This document shows, in pieces, positions 8,141 through 17,282 of a DNA stretch of 64,000 nt (position 1 is its first letter; every line of letters begins with the position of its first letter). Origin of the DNA: a virus (lineage: Duplodnaviria; Caudoviricetes); the IMG/VR virus record IMGVR_UViG_3300003965_000013, positions 3,540-67,539 of that record; one strand, given 5' to 3'. Below the pieces are notes generated by a model. The model was not told the origin of the DNA, did no database searches, and saw only the letters and a program-made list of their open reading frames with translations. The translations under genes and the position numbers were made by a program.

Positions 8141-8767
8141 GCTGCCTTTGTCGGTCGTGTACTTGTTGCCTGTGAGTATTCAGGTCGTGTCAGAGATGCT
8201 TTTACTGCCAAAGGATGGGATGCTATTAGTTGCGATTTATTACCATCAAGAACGACAGGCAAACACTACCAGGGAAATGTTTTTGATATTATAAACGATG
8301 GCTTTGATTTATTGATAGGCTTTCCACCTTGTACTTTTATTACAAACGTTAATACAAAATGGCGTGGCGATATTGAAAGATTAAAGAAAGCATGTGATGG
8401 CATGAAGTTCTTTGCTGATTTATATTCTGCACCTATAAAAATGATTTGCCTGGAAAATCCAGTAGGCATGTTAAGTAATTGTTTTCGTAAGCCTGACCAA
8501 ATTATTACACCTGTTCAATTTGGCGGCTGTGAGCAAAAGAATACGTGCCTTTGGTTGAAGGGGTTGCCAAAATTAGTGCATACAAAAACGGATAATTTAT
8601 TCGAGAAAAGAACACACGGCGTTTTATCGGAAGAATTTACCAGCAATAAATCACACCGGCAAAGCCATTGGTATAACAATAATAAAAGTGAACGGTCAAC
8701 AACATTTCAATCTGTCGCAAATGCAATGGCTGAACAATGGACGGCTTTTGTCTTAGGTAGCAGATAA
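8075..8767 (+). CDS. Short phage DNA cytosine-C5 methyltransferase-like protein (cassette 9)
   Basis: VLVACEYSG, GFPPCT (catalytic PC), LENPVG; stop in AGATAAC. Confidence 0.8.
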   Translation: MNKEQMYIADSSAGIAEIPMLSAAFVGRVLVACEYSGRVRDAFTAKGWDAISCDLLPSRTTGKHYQGNVFDIINDGFDLLIGFPPCTFITNVNTKWRGDIERLKKACDGMKFFADLYSAPIKMICLENPVGMLSNCFRKPDQIITPVQFGGCEQKNTCLWLKGLPKLVHTKTDNLFEKRTHGVLSEEFTSNKSHRQSHWYNNNKSERSTTFQSVANAMAEQWTAFVLGSR

Positions 8768-8786
8768 CACAAGGATTTGCGTAACA

Positions 8787-8993
8787 ATGAATATTAAACT
8801 AATTGATAAACAAAGTAATAACTACAGGCTGCTCATTAATGAAATTGAGTGCTTATTTATACCAATGGAATTATTTACAACCGGGTTGCTGCCGGTTAAG
8901 AAATGCCTCAACAATAATTCACTTGGGTGGTATGTAAACAGAAAATTTGTGAGTTACAATCAAATTAAAAAAGCAATAAAAAACTTTAAGTAA
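8787..8993 (+). CDS. Hypothetical protein
   Basis: 68 aa, AT-rich. Confidence 0.6.
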   Translation: MNIKLIDKQSNNYRLLINEIECLFIPMELFTTGLLPVKKCLNNNSLGWYVNRKFVSYNQIKKAIKNFK

Positions 8994-9015
8994 TTTTCAG
9001 GGCAACACAAACACA

Positions 9016-9447
9016 ATGGGTAAAAAGGTAGTGTATAGGCAAAAGACGGTAGATCACGAAACGGGAGAGGTAACAGAATCGGTATCGGTTACAATGGACA
9101 AACAACCTGCACCACAGTATTGTTCTTTTTTTATGGATGCTGTACCCTATATGAAACTGATTGGAGCTATGGAAAAGGATGTGCTGTTTCAAATGGTGAA
9201 ATACCTGGAATGGAACACGAACATGGTGTTTGCCAATGAGCACAACCGGATAGCGATTGCCTATGATTTGGGATTGAAGCCCAACAGTGTAGGTGTAGCA
9301 ATACGGAACATGAAGAAAAAGAACATTTTGCGCCGGGTGCGTAACACGGTGTACTGGATTAACCCAAACATACTGTTTTACGGTACGCTTGTAAAGCGGG
9401 AGGAAATGCTGAAAAGCGGAATTGATTGGGAGATACGGAGTAAATAA
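9016..9447 (+). CDS. RepL-like winged-helix protein (replication or regulation)
   Basis: VDHETGEV N-terminus; HTH IAYDLGLKPNSVGVAIRNMKKK followed by YWINPNILFYG. Confidence 0.65.
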   Translation: MGKKVVYRQKTVDHETGEVTESVSVTMDKQPAPQYCSFFMDAVPYMKLIGAMEKDVLFQMVKYLEWNTNMVFANEHNRIAIAYDLGLKPNSVGVAIRNMKKKNILRRVRNTVYWINPNILFYGTLVKREEMLKSGIDWEIRSK

Positions 9448-9449
9448 AC

Positions 9450-9466
9450 AGATACATTTTGTATCT
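9450..9466. promoter_or_regulatory. 17-bp palindromic operator AGATACA-N3-TGTATCT, copy 1
   Basis: AGATACATTTTGTATCT overlapping TATCTTCG (-7-like). Confidence 0.75.
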
Positions 9467-9484
9467 TCGGTAAAATTTACCGTT

Positions 9485-9997
9485 ATGCTTGGAGATCAGC
9501 CCCTTTCTTACCAACCGGCCAATGATGATTATGACCGCATACGCTCTAAAGGTGTGATGCGTATTGCAGCACTAGCCCAGCGATTGAATGATAATCCACG
9601 TATTGCGCCGGAGGTTTTTAAAGAGCGCATGAAAGATATTACCGATAATTATTTTTTGAGTGAAGAAGATGCCGGTGAAGTGCTCAGTGATGTGAGCATG
9701 GCTTTGAAAAAAGGCAAGACGGCTTTTGATTATGTGCGTGAAGGGCAGCCATCTTTTAGCGTAAAAACAGGCAGGTGGTTGAAGTATTTGAAAGGCGTTG
9801 ACCCTAAAGAATACGAAAGCGTATGGCGCAGCGTTCATTTAAGCAGAGAAGGGCAGGAAAAACTACTGAATGATCCTACGGGGATGGTGGAGGACTACGC
9901 ACCCGGGCAAAAAGAAGCCATCTTAGCCAAAGGGCAAAGGGCAAAGTTAAGTGCCAGGGAATCGGTAGATGATACAAAACCGAAAGTGGTTTTTTAA
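9485..9997 (+). CDS. Hypothetical protein
   Basis: ORF 9422..9997; ATG at 9485 lies downstream of the operator. Confidence 0.75.
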   Translation: MLGDQPLSYQPANDDYDRIRSKGVMRIAALAQRLNDNPRIAPEVFKERMKDITDNYFLSEEDAGEVLSDVSMALKKGKTAFDYVREGQPSFSVKTGRWLKYLKGVDPKEYESVWRSVHLSREGQEKLLNDPTGMVEDYAPGQKEAILAKGQRAKLSARESVDDTKPKVVF

Positions 9998-10248
9998 AGT
10001 ATTGCAATCACATTATCAATTTTTGTAAGCAGGCTTCCATCTTCCTGCTCTAATCCGGTGTTTTTTAAATACATTACTTTATCGCCTTTTTTTACTTCTT
10101 CTACATCAGGCCCAACAGATAATATAGTACCATGAGGGTTTCTTTGGCGTGAAGGTTCAGGAATGATAATACCGCCTTTTGTTTTGGTTTCTTTTTCTCC
10201 GGGTTGCAGATGCACCCATCCTTTGAGGGGAACTAATTTTTTTGCCAT
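9994..10248 (-). CDS. groES: GroES/Cpn10-like co-chaperonin
   Basis: LVPLKGWVHLQP-EKETKTKGGIIIP...GTILSVGPDVEEVKKGDKV; ATG at 10248. Confidence 0.85.
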   Translation of the reverse strand: MAKKLVPLKGWVHLQPGEKETKTKGGIIIPEPSRQRNPHGTILSVGPDVEEVKKGDKVMYLKNTGLEQEDGSLLTKIDNVIAIL

Positions 10249-10274
10249 GTGTTTGTGTTTGAAATTTTTGCGAA

Positions 10275-10291
10275 AGATACAAAATGTATCT
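10275..10291. promoter_or_regulatory. 17-bp palindromic operator, copy 2, between divergent GroES-like genes
   Basis: AGATACAAAATGTATCT flanked by TATCTTTG (+) and TATCTTTCG (-). Confidence 0.8.
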
Positions 10292-10317
10292 CTATCTTTG
10301 ATAGTAAAAATTGGCAG

Positions 10318-10959
10318 ATGCACCCCGTTAGTCCCGTAAATCATGTATTTGTTAAGATGCAGGCGTATGACGATACGGTGAAAACCGAAAGCGGGGTAAC
10401 ACTATTCAAAGACACTACGTTTAACCCAGAGTGGAGTGCCACGCTTAGTGCAGAAGCATTGAGTGTACCAATAAAAGTGGGGCAAATTGACGGAGATACG
10501 GAAGGTGTTTTGCCTTTTGTACAGAAGGGAGATCAAATTCTTTTTCGCTACATAGTGGTGCAGCAGTTAGAGCAACGGGATAACGATACACCGATTCACC
10601 ACAATCAGCATTTAATAGACGGGGAAATTTACTGGAAGGTGAATTACAGTATGATACTGGGCGTGGTGCGCAATGGTGAATTGATACCGGCACCCGGTTA
10701 TGTATTTGCAAAGCCTGTGGTGAATATGCTGGAAGAAAGGAAAGGTATTTTGTACCTGCCCGACAGTGTGCGGAAACAGGAGCAGAAAGACAGGGCGGTG
10801 GTGGTGTGCAGCGGTGTGCCCAAGAAAGACAGGGCGGATTTAGAGTTGCGAAAGGACGATGTGATTGTGTACCGGCCGGGGATGGCGGAGAAATACGAGC
10901 TGAACGGGGAACAATATTTAGTAATACGGCAGGAATACATTGCCGCTAAAGAAGTGTAA
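10318..10959 (+). CDS. Tandem two-domain GroES-like protein
   Basis: Domain 1 PVNHVFVK...KTESGVTL...VQKGDQILF; domain 2 PAPGYVFAKP...KGILYLP...DVIVY...YELNGEQYLVIRQEYI. Confidence 0.75.
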   Translation: MHPVSPVNHVFVKMQAYDDTVKTESGVTLFKDTTFNPEWSATLSAEALSVPIKVGQIDGDTEGVLPFVQKGDQILFRYIVVQQLEQRDNDTPIHHNQHLIDGEIYWKVNYSMILGVVRNGELIPAPGYVFAKPVVNMLEERKGILYLPDSVRKQEQKDRAVVVCSGVPKKDRADLELRKDDVIVYRPGMAEKYELNGEQYLVIRQEYIAAKEV

Positions 10960-11684
10960 TGGACTTAAAAGTAGTACATGATGCTATTGATTTTTACTGT
11001 GAGAAATCGCAGTTAGGGTTTCTTTCTCCCGAACAAAAGGATGCGCAACTTGACAGGGCACAGATGTTGCGTTTTACTGAACTATTTGACAACCCCAACG
11101 AATACGGTAAAGGTGATAGTTTGGGCCGTATGCACTATGCCAAAAGCCAGAAGATTCACGACAGTTTACAGCCTTTTAAAAAAACCACCTCTTTTGTAAC
11201 AGGTAATTTTAGCAGTGGGGTTTACACGCTGCCCAATGATTACCTGCATTTACTGAGCATGGATATTAACATTGCTGATGCCAATGCGCCGGGCGGCGTT
11301 ACTTACCAAGCAGTAGATATTGTAAAAGAAGATGAATGGAGTGAACGCAGAAAATCTCAACTCATACCTGCATCTGCTACGAGGCCGATAGGCCGATTAA
11401 TTTACACATCAAGCCCTGCGAGGGCTGTGGAGATGTTTCCTGCGCAGGGCTACGCAGGTACGCTCAATTATTTACGCAGACCGGCAAAGCCTGCATTGAG
11501 TTATACGTTAGGTGGTGCCAGTGGCCGTGAGATCACGTACAATTCAGGTGCCAGCACACAATTAGAGTGGGATGATGAGGAAGTGAACAATATCCTTTTT
11601 AAAGCACTGCAACTGTGTGGTATTAACCTGCAGAGCGGTGAGGTAATACAGTTTTTTCAACAAAAAGATGTAGCGGGGGTGTAA
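10959..11684 (+). CDS. Tail ring/adaptor protein (crAss-like)
   Basis: N-terminal DFYCEK...LSPEQKDAQLDRAQ pattern; position before the muzzle gene. Confidence 0.6.
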   Translation: MDLKVVHDAIDFYCEKSQLGFLSPEQKDAQLDRAQMLRFTELFDNPNEYGKGDSLGRMHYAKSQKIHDSLQPFKKTTSFVTGNFSSGVYTLPNDYLHLLSMDINIADANAPGGVTYQAVDIVKEDEWSERRKSQLIPASATRPIGRLIYTSSPARAVEMFPAQGYAGTLNYLRRPAKPALSYTLGGASGREITYNSGASTQLEWDDEEVNNILFKALQLCGINLQSGEVIQFFQQKDVAGV

Positions 11685-11685
11685 C

Positions 11686-12324
11686 ATGAGCACAACAAGG
11701 TACAAGTTGATTGAACAGATTAGAAGGAGGATTGCCGCTGGCGACCCTTCTTCTGCATTTACACCTGCTGTGGAGGAAGTGCGGGAGGCCATTAACCAGG
11801 TAATCAACTCCACGCTTAAAACGCAGTTTTATACGGAAACGCTGGCGGGTGGTGAAACAATACCGGAAGGGCATGTGCTGGCGTATTATGAAAACGTGGC
11901 GGTTACAACATGGAATGGCATCAGCAAAAGTACACTACCTGCTTTTCCTGTAAAGCTGCCACGTAATATGGGTGTGTACACCATTACCAAAACCAACGAC
12001 CCATTTACAAGTTTTATACCGGTGCCTACGGGACAAATAAGTTTTGTACAGGCACAAAGAGGCATGAGTGATTTGCTGGGGCAGGTGGGGTATGAGGTAA
12101 GAGGTAAAGAAGTGTGGTACAATAAAAACTTACCTGCACAAAGCCCGGCGGTAACGGCGGTGAATATGCAATTGGTGGTGATGGATATAAGCCGGTACAA
12201 TGATTACGAACCATTGCCCGTGCAGGCAGATATGGAAGAACTGATTATTGAACAGGTGGCGGCGAAGTGGATGGGGCAGCCTAAGAAACCACAAGTAAAC
12301 GACACAACAACTGACAGAGTATGA
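11686..12324 (+). CDS. Putative tail ring protein
   Basis: 212 aa; synteny within the ring-muzzle cluster. Confidence 0.5.
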   Translation: MSTTRYKLIEQIRRRIAAGDPSSAFTPAVEEVREAINQVINSTLKTQFYTETLAGGETIPEGHVLAYYENVAVTTWNGISKSTLPAFPVKLPRNMGVYTITKTNDPFTSFIPVPTGQISFVQAQRGMSDLLGQVGYEVRGKEVWYNKNLPAQSPAVTAVNMQLVVMDISRYNDYEPLPVQADMEELIIEQVAAKWMGQPKKPQVNDTTTDRV

Positions 12325-13061
12325 TATGGTACACCATAGATAGCATTGTAAAGCAACTACTGCTGGAACAGCGCAAGCCGATACACTGGTATTTGGAGTA
12401 CCTGACACATGCTACCAGTGCGTTGAGGGAGTTACATTTTGACCACCTGAGAAGTGTAAAGACGGTGAAGCTGATACCCAACAGTTACAAAGCGGTAACG
12501 CTGCCTTGTGATTACAAGGATTGGGTGAGGGTTGGAGCGATTGCCAACGATAAGGTAAAAGCATTGGTGCAGAGCAGCAATATTAACCGGCTGAATAATT
12601 TTGATGCTTCGGGTAATAAGATCAAATGGCCGATAGATGAAAGCACTACGAGCATTGATGATTTTTATATGTGGCGCACGGATATTTATGAGTACAGTGG
12701 AGGATTTTACAACCACCGGCCTGATTTAAGCAGTACGTTTTTTAAAGTGCTGCCGGAGCGTGGGGAGATACAACTGGAAAGCAATAATGCTGATGAAGCC
12801 ATTATACTGGAATACATAAGTGATGGGCTGGATGCGGATGCAGCAACCAAGGTTGACCCTTATGCTACGGATGCCATTAAAACGTATGTAATGTGGCAGG
12901 TGGAATTGAACAACAGGCAGTACAGTAAGGGTGATGCTGCTTACAGAAAAGCGCTGTATGACAGTGCAGTAAGAAGGTTACGATCAAGAAAAAATCCTTT
13001 AAGCAAAGAAGATATTTTAAATGCTGTACGTAAAGGGTACAGTGCAACGTATAAAAACTAA
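12321..13061 (+). CDS. Putative tail ring protein
   Basis: 246 aa; synteny within the ring-muzzle cluster. Confidence 0.5.
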   Translation: MIWYTIDSIVKQLLLEQRKPIHWYLEYLTHATSALRELHFDHLRSVKTVKLIPNSYKAVTLPCDYKDWVRVGAIANDKVKALVQSSNINRLNNFDASGNKIKWPIDESTTSIDDFYMWRTDIYEYSGGFYNHRPDLSSTFFKVLPERGEIQLESNNADEAIILEYISDGLDADAATKVDPYATDAIKTYVMWQVELNNRQYSKGDAAYRKALYDSAVRRLRSRKNPLSKEDILNAVRKGYSATYKN

Positions 13062-16000
13062 TTGGAACCGCTCAAGAAAAAATATCTTAATGGGTTGTTG
13101 AACTGCGATGACGACTTTACGATGGTGGCACCCAATGAAATGGTGAACGCCAGTAATATCCGTTTTGGCAGTACCGATGACGGGGCAAATATGCGGTTTG
13201 AGAAAATTAAAGGCACAACGCTGGTATTTAACGGAATGGAGTATGTGGGCGGTGGTGATGCGTTTGAGTGTGTGGGGGCGTATGAAGATAAAGACCGGCA
13301 GCGGATGATTTTCTTTGCCTGGCATAACAATGTAGCTGCCAAACATGCGATTTATGCCTATGACCGAGTGGAAGATACTACCTACACTGTATTGAAAGAA
13401 GCACAGGTAGAAGGTGGGTTAGGATTTACACAAACAAAGTATATTGATGCGATTGAGATATGGGGCGACCTGTTGTTTTACACTACGGGCACGGGTGAAG
13501 TAAAAGTGATTAATATTGAACGGGGTATAAAACTCAACCATCCCTCATATACCACTACAGCCATCCCTTATGTTTCACAGTTAAAAGAAGAAGATATTGC
13601 ACTGATACGCAGACCTCCGGTATATGCACCGGTTGCTACCAAGCAGATTAACAGCGCTTTGACGGTGGATAATATTGGTGATAAGGCATGGAAATTCAGT
13701 TATATCTATGAGTATATTGACTTTCAGCAGAGCGTACCCGGCACATGGAGTTTGTTGGTGCCTTTTAACAAAAAGGGCGATATACAGAATGAAATTTCTA
13801 TATCCTTACCATTGGAAGAAGATGTGCCGCAAACGGTGCGGAAAGTGCGGCTGATAGCAAGGAGAATAGACACCAATGTAACCTATGTGATACGGGTGTG
13901 GGATAAAGATATTACGGCAGATGCAACGGCTATTACCACGCACAATGCGGGAACGGTGGCTGGCGACAGGCTGACTTTTGTGTTTAACAACAACAAGTAC
14001 ATTGAAACAGTTGCTCCTGCTATTGCAGATAAGATTGAGGATTCTGTACCAAGAAACGTACAGGCGTTGCAGGTAAACAGCGACCGGTTGTTTTTGAGCA
14101 ATTTTACCACAGGCTTTGCCGGAACAGGCATCAGCAGTTTAACAATAACACAGGTAAAGCAGAATTTTGCCACAGCACCGGTTACTACTTACAATATGTA
14201 TGAGGTAACGGCCATTTTCAATTTTCCCTATTCTGGCCCACCCACTTATTACTTTAGAGGTTTTTTTGTATTAAAACCAACTGATAATACCTATTGGGTA
14301 ATTGAAGGAAAGTTTGCAACACAAACGGGAAGCTATCCTGCTGTAACAACACCTACCAGCCCGGTAACATTGTTTAAGAACTGCGGTACTGTTTTAGGGG
14401 GTGATATGCTAAAGCCTTTGTTTGGTAACAGTATTGTGGTAACAACATTTGCCAGTACAGCAGCGGGAACGGTGCAGGATGGCGGTGCACAGGCAGTAAA
14501 CCTGCCTATGATCTTTAAAAGCAACAGCCCACGCAGCGTGGGTATTTGTTTTTACGATAAGTTTCACCGCATTATTGAAGCGGTGGTAAAAGACACCAAT
14601 ACATTTACCCCTAACTCCACTTTTGGAGCGGTGGCAGAAGATAAAACTACCGGCATTACCTGCACGGTAAGTAATGCAGCGGCGCTTACAGAAATACCGG
14701 AGAAAGCATTTTATTACGGATTTATTATTGGGCAGCCGTATGTAACACAAAACTTTGTAGAGTTTAAGGAAACGAATGTAAAGTACGGGAAGAAAAATGC
14801 AGATGGTACGTTTACCGTGGATTTAACCAATCCTGCTACTTCTGAATTTTTGGTGGTGAATGTAGGTAGTCTTTTAAAGAATGGTATTGGATATATCTTT
14901 CAGGAAGGAGATTTGTGCCGGGTGGCTATACAAATGACGGCGGGAGGTCAGTTGTTTACAAAGACCGTTAAAATTATTACGCAGATAGGCAGCAACCTGC
15001 TTACCGAGCTGGTGGATGTGGGCACTATTGGAGGCGCTGCAACACAGGCCAGCTTTGAAATTTATACACCGCTGCAACAGACTGAAAGTAGGTTTTACTA
15101 TGAAGTGGCTAACAAGTTTGCCGTTACCAACCCGGGAACGGGCAGCCGGGCTTATTCTACATTGAGCCATACCATACCAGGAGATACCCCAATTGTGGAA
15201 AGACTGGATGCGGTAAACGGTAAATATTTTGCTGAGGCCATGAGCAGCAATGACCTGTTTAGTAAGTTTTGGTTTACCAATGCAGGCAGGCCCATTGTTA
15301 TTTTTAAGGCAAGGGAAGTGGTGGAGCCTAACGTAATAAGTTGGAGTAATACAAGGTTTTTAGGAACAGAAATAAACGGCAGCAGTTCTTTTGAGGTGAA
15401 CAACCGGCAATCATTACCCATTAATGCGGGGGATGTAAAAAAACTTATCAATACCAGCAGCCTGCAGGAAGAAGGTGGTGTAATGGTTGCCCTTTGCCAA
15501 AGGGAAACACTGAGCCTGTATGTGGGCAGGGCACAGGTGAGTGATGAAACGCAGTTTAGTTTGATCTTAAAAACAGATACCGTTATTGGAACCGTGAATG
15601 GACTACGTGGAAGTTTTGGAACGCTGCACCCGGAGAGTGTGGTGTTTTTTAGAGGCAACCTGTACTGGTTTGATGCCATTAACGGAGCGTTTGTGCGGTA
15701 CAGTAATAACGGGCTGTTTGACATCAGCAACTACAAAATGAAAAGGGTGGCTTCTTTGCTTGCCCAACGGATGCAGATTAAAGATACAGGGGGTAATATA
15801 GCGGACGGGTTCCGGAATAAGATTGTGGGCGGTATTGATGTGCGGCATGAAGAAGTGCTATGGACGATACCAAAGGTGTTTGATACAGCACCCAAAGGAA
15901 GCCTGAGCGACTACAGCCCGGCTACAAGTTATTTTTACCCTTATGATTTGTTTGACGGCGTAAGTAAAACACTGGTGTTTAAGATACAGGCCGATAAATG

Positions 16001-16493
16001 GATGAGCAGCTTTTCTTTTGCGGCTGATGGCTTTTGCAGTTGTAATAACGAACTGTACAGTTTTAACCTGGGGCGATTATACAAACACAATACAGGCGCT
16101 TTTAATAGTTTTTACGGAACAACGTATAAAAGCAGGATGGCGTATGTGATTAATGAAGATGTGAACCAAACGAAGGTGTTTAAAAGCATTAATATTGAAG
16201 GCGACACAAAACCATCCTGGACGCACATGCGCACGGAGTGGCCGGTGGTGCAGAGTACGGAAATAGTAACAAGTGAATGGGTGCAAAAGGAAACGGGTTA
16301 TTATGCACCGATACTGAACAGCAGACTAAGCCCCAACCCCGTAGGTGCTACAGTGAACGAAAAGATGCTGAGGGGCGAACCGATGCGGGGGCAGTTTTTG
16401 CTGGTATGTATGGATTTTGACGGCGGCGGCAGCCAGATGAATACAAGATTTTTTAATGTGTTACATAACAGGTCTTACGGCCATAAACAATAA
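13062..16493 (+). CDS. Tail muzzle/stabilisation protein (P22 gp10-like beta-propeller)
   Basis: 1143 aa; GLLNCDDD...PNEMVNASNIRF N-terminus and GTLHPESVV...LYWFDAINGAFVR C-terminal blocks typical of this family. Confidence 0.75.
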   Translation: MEPLKKKYLNGLLNCDDDFTMVAPNEMVNASNIRFGSTDDGANMRFEKIKGTTLVFNGMEYVGGGDAFECVGAYEDKDRQRMIFFAWHNNVAAKHAIYAYDRVEDTTYTVLKEAQVEGGLGFTQTKYIDAIEIWGDLLFYTTGTGEVKVINIERGIKLNHPSYTTTAIPYVSQLKEEDIALIRRPPVYAPVATKQINSALTVDNIGDKAWKFSYIYEYIDFQQSVPGTWSLLVPFNKKGDIQNEISISLPLEEDVPQTVRKVRLIARRIDTNVTYVIRVWDKDITADATAITTHNAGTVAGDRLTFVFNNNKYIETVAPAIADKIEDSVPRNVQALQVNSDRLFLSNFTTGFAGTGISSLTITQVKQNFATAPVTTYNMYEVTAIFNFPYSGPPTYYFRGFFVLKPTDNTYWVIEGKFATQTGSYPAVTTPTSPVTLFKNCGTVLGGDMLKPLFGNSIVVTTFASTAAGTVQDGGAQAVNLPMIFKSNSPRSVGICFYDKFHRIIEAVVKDTNTFTPNSTFGAVAEDKTTGITCTVSNAAALTEIPEKAFYYGFIIGQPYVTQNFVEFKETNVKYGKKNADGTFTVDLTNPATSEFLVVNVGSLLKNGIGYIFQEGDLCRVAIQMTAGGQLFTKTVKIITQIGSNLLTELVDVGTIGGAATQASFEIYTPLQQTESRFYYEVANKFAVTNPGTGSRAYSTLSHTIPGDTPIVERLDAVNGKYFAEAMSSNDLFSKFWFTNAGRPIVIFKAREVVEPNVISWSNTRFLGTEINGSSSFEVNNRQSLPINAGDVKKLINTSSLQEEGGVMVALCQRETLSLYVGRAQVSDETQFSLILKTDTVIGTVNGLRGSFGTLHPESVVFFRGNLYWFDAINGAFVRYSNNGLFDISNYKMKRVASLLAQRMQIKDTGGNIADGFRNKIVGGIDVRHEEVLWTIPKVFDTAPKGSLSDYSPATSYFYPYDLFDGVSKTLVFKIQADKWMSSFSFAADGFCSCNNELYSFNLGRLYKHNTGAFNSFYGTTYKSRMAYVINEDVNQTKVFKSINIEGDTKPSWTHMRTEWPVVQSTEIVTSEWVQKETGYYAPILNSRLSPNPVGATVNEKMLRGEPMRGQFLLVCMDFDGGGSQMNTRFFNVLHNRSYGHKQ

Positions 16494-16496
16494 ACT

Positions 16497-17282
16497 ATGA
16501 GCGAGAAAAGAGATAGACGGGCAAATACATGGGCGGGTATTACGTCTTTCATTCCTATTATTGGCGGCAGTATTTCAAAAGGAATACAGCAGGGCAATCT
16601 TGCCAAGCGACAGAAAGAAGAAGCTGACAGAATAAAGCTCAACGACCCCACCTACAAAGAAAGTGAGTATGCCAAAGAAGCGCTGACAACGGCAAGGCAG
16701 CGGATGGGTGGCAGGATGCCCGGCGCAACGGCCTTGCAGGGAGGATTACTTAGTAACCAGGCCAATGCGTTTACCAATTTAAGCAGGGCTGCTTCCAACC
16801 CCCAGCAGTTGATTGCAGGTGCGGGAGGATTGCAGCAGAATACGAATAATGCTTTGAACCAGTTAGCCATACAGGAGGCGCAGTACACGGATTCTTTGTT
16901 TGGAAATTTAAACAGTGCTTTGGATGTGATGCGGCAGGAAGGTGATAAAGTGTATGGAGACCAGTTACGGAAGTTTAACCGTGATTTTGAAATGAAACAA
17001 AATTTACTGAACAGTGCGGAGCAGAATAAAATGGCATCAAGACAGGCACCTAACAATGCCTTTAACCAGTTGCTGGATACGGGTATTAAAGTAGGTAGTG
17101 CTCTTTATGGTATGGGTGCGTTTGGGGGAAGTAAAATGCCAGACTTACAAACACAGGGAGCAAATGTAAAAGGTTTTAGTACTTCACCGGGCGGGCTGCC
17201 CACAACGGCCAACCGCACCAGCAGTATAACTCCCGCTTCTTCTTTTCAGTTTCCACAGTTAATAAATTATAACAGAAGATAA
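16497..17282 (+). CDS. Putative ejection (cargo) protein
   Basis: Gly/Ala/Gln-rich with hydrophobic segments; follows the muzzle gene. Confidence 0.55.
   Translation: MSEKRDRRANTWAGITSFIPIIGGSISKGIQQGNLAKRQKEEADRIKLNDPTYKESEYAKEALTTARQRMGGRMPGATALQGGLLSNQANAFTNLSRAASNPQQLIAGAGGLQQNTNNALNQLAIQEAQYTDSLFGNLNSALDVMRQEGDKVYGDQLRKFNRDFEMKQNLLNSAEQNKMASRQAPNNAFNQLLDTGIKVGSALYGMGAFGGSKMPDLQTQGANVKGFSTSPGGLPTTANRTSSITPASSFQFPQLINYNRR

Larger units (their letters stand above)
3816..8768 (+). mobile_element. Integron-like gene-cassette array A (9 cassettes, no integrase in window)
   Basis: Each cassette start GTT... is the reverse complement of its own end ...AAC; imperfect hairpins lie between cassettes; stop codons fall in TAAC cores. 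Confidence 0.85.

Noticed and set aside
3816-8768. CRISPR array or REP/terminator interpretation of the intergenic hairpins
   Set aside because: Repeats are not identical, spacers are whole genes, there are no cas genes or U-tails, and cassette-specific end complementarity is not explained by terminators
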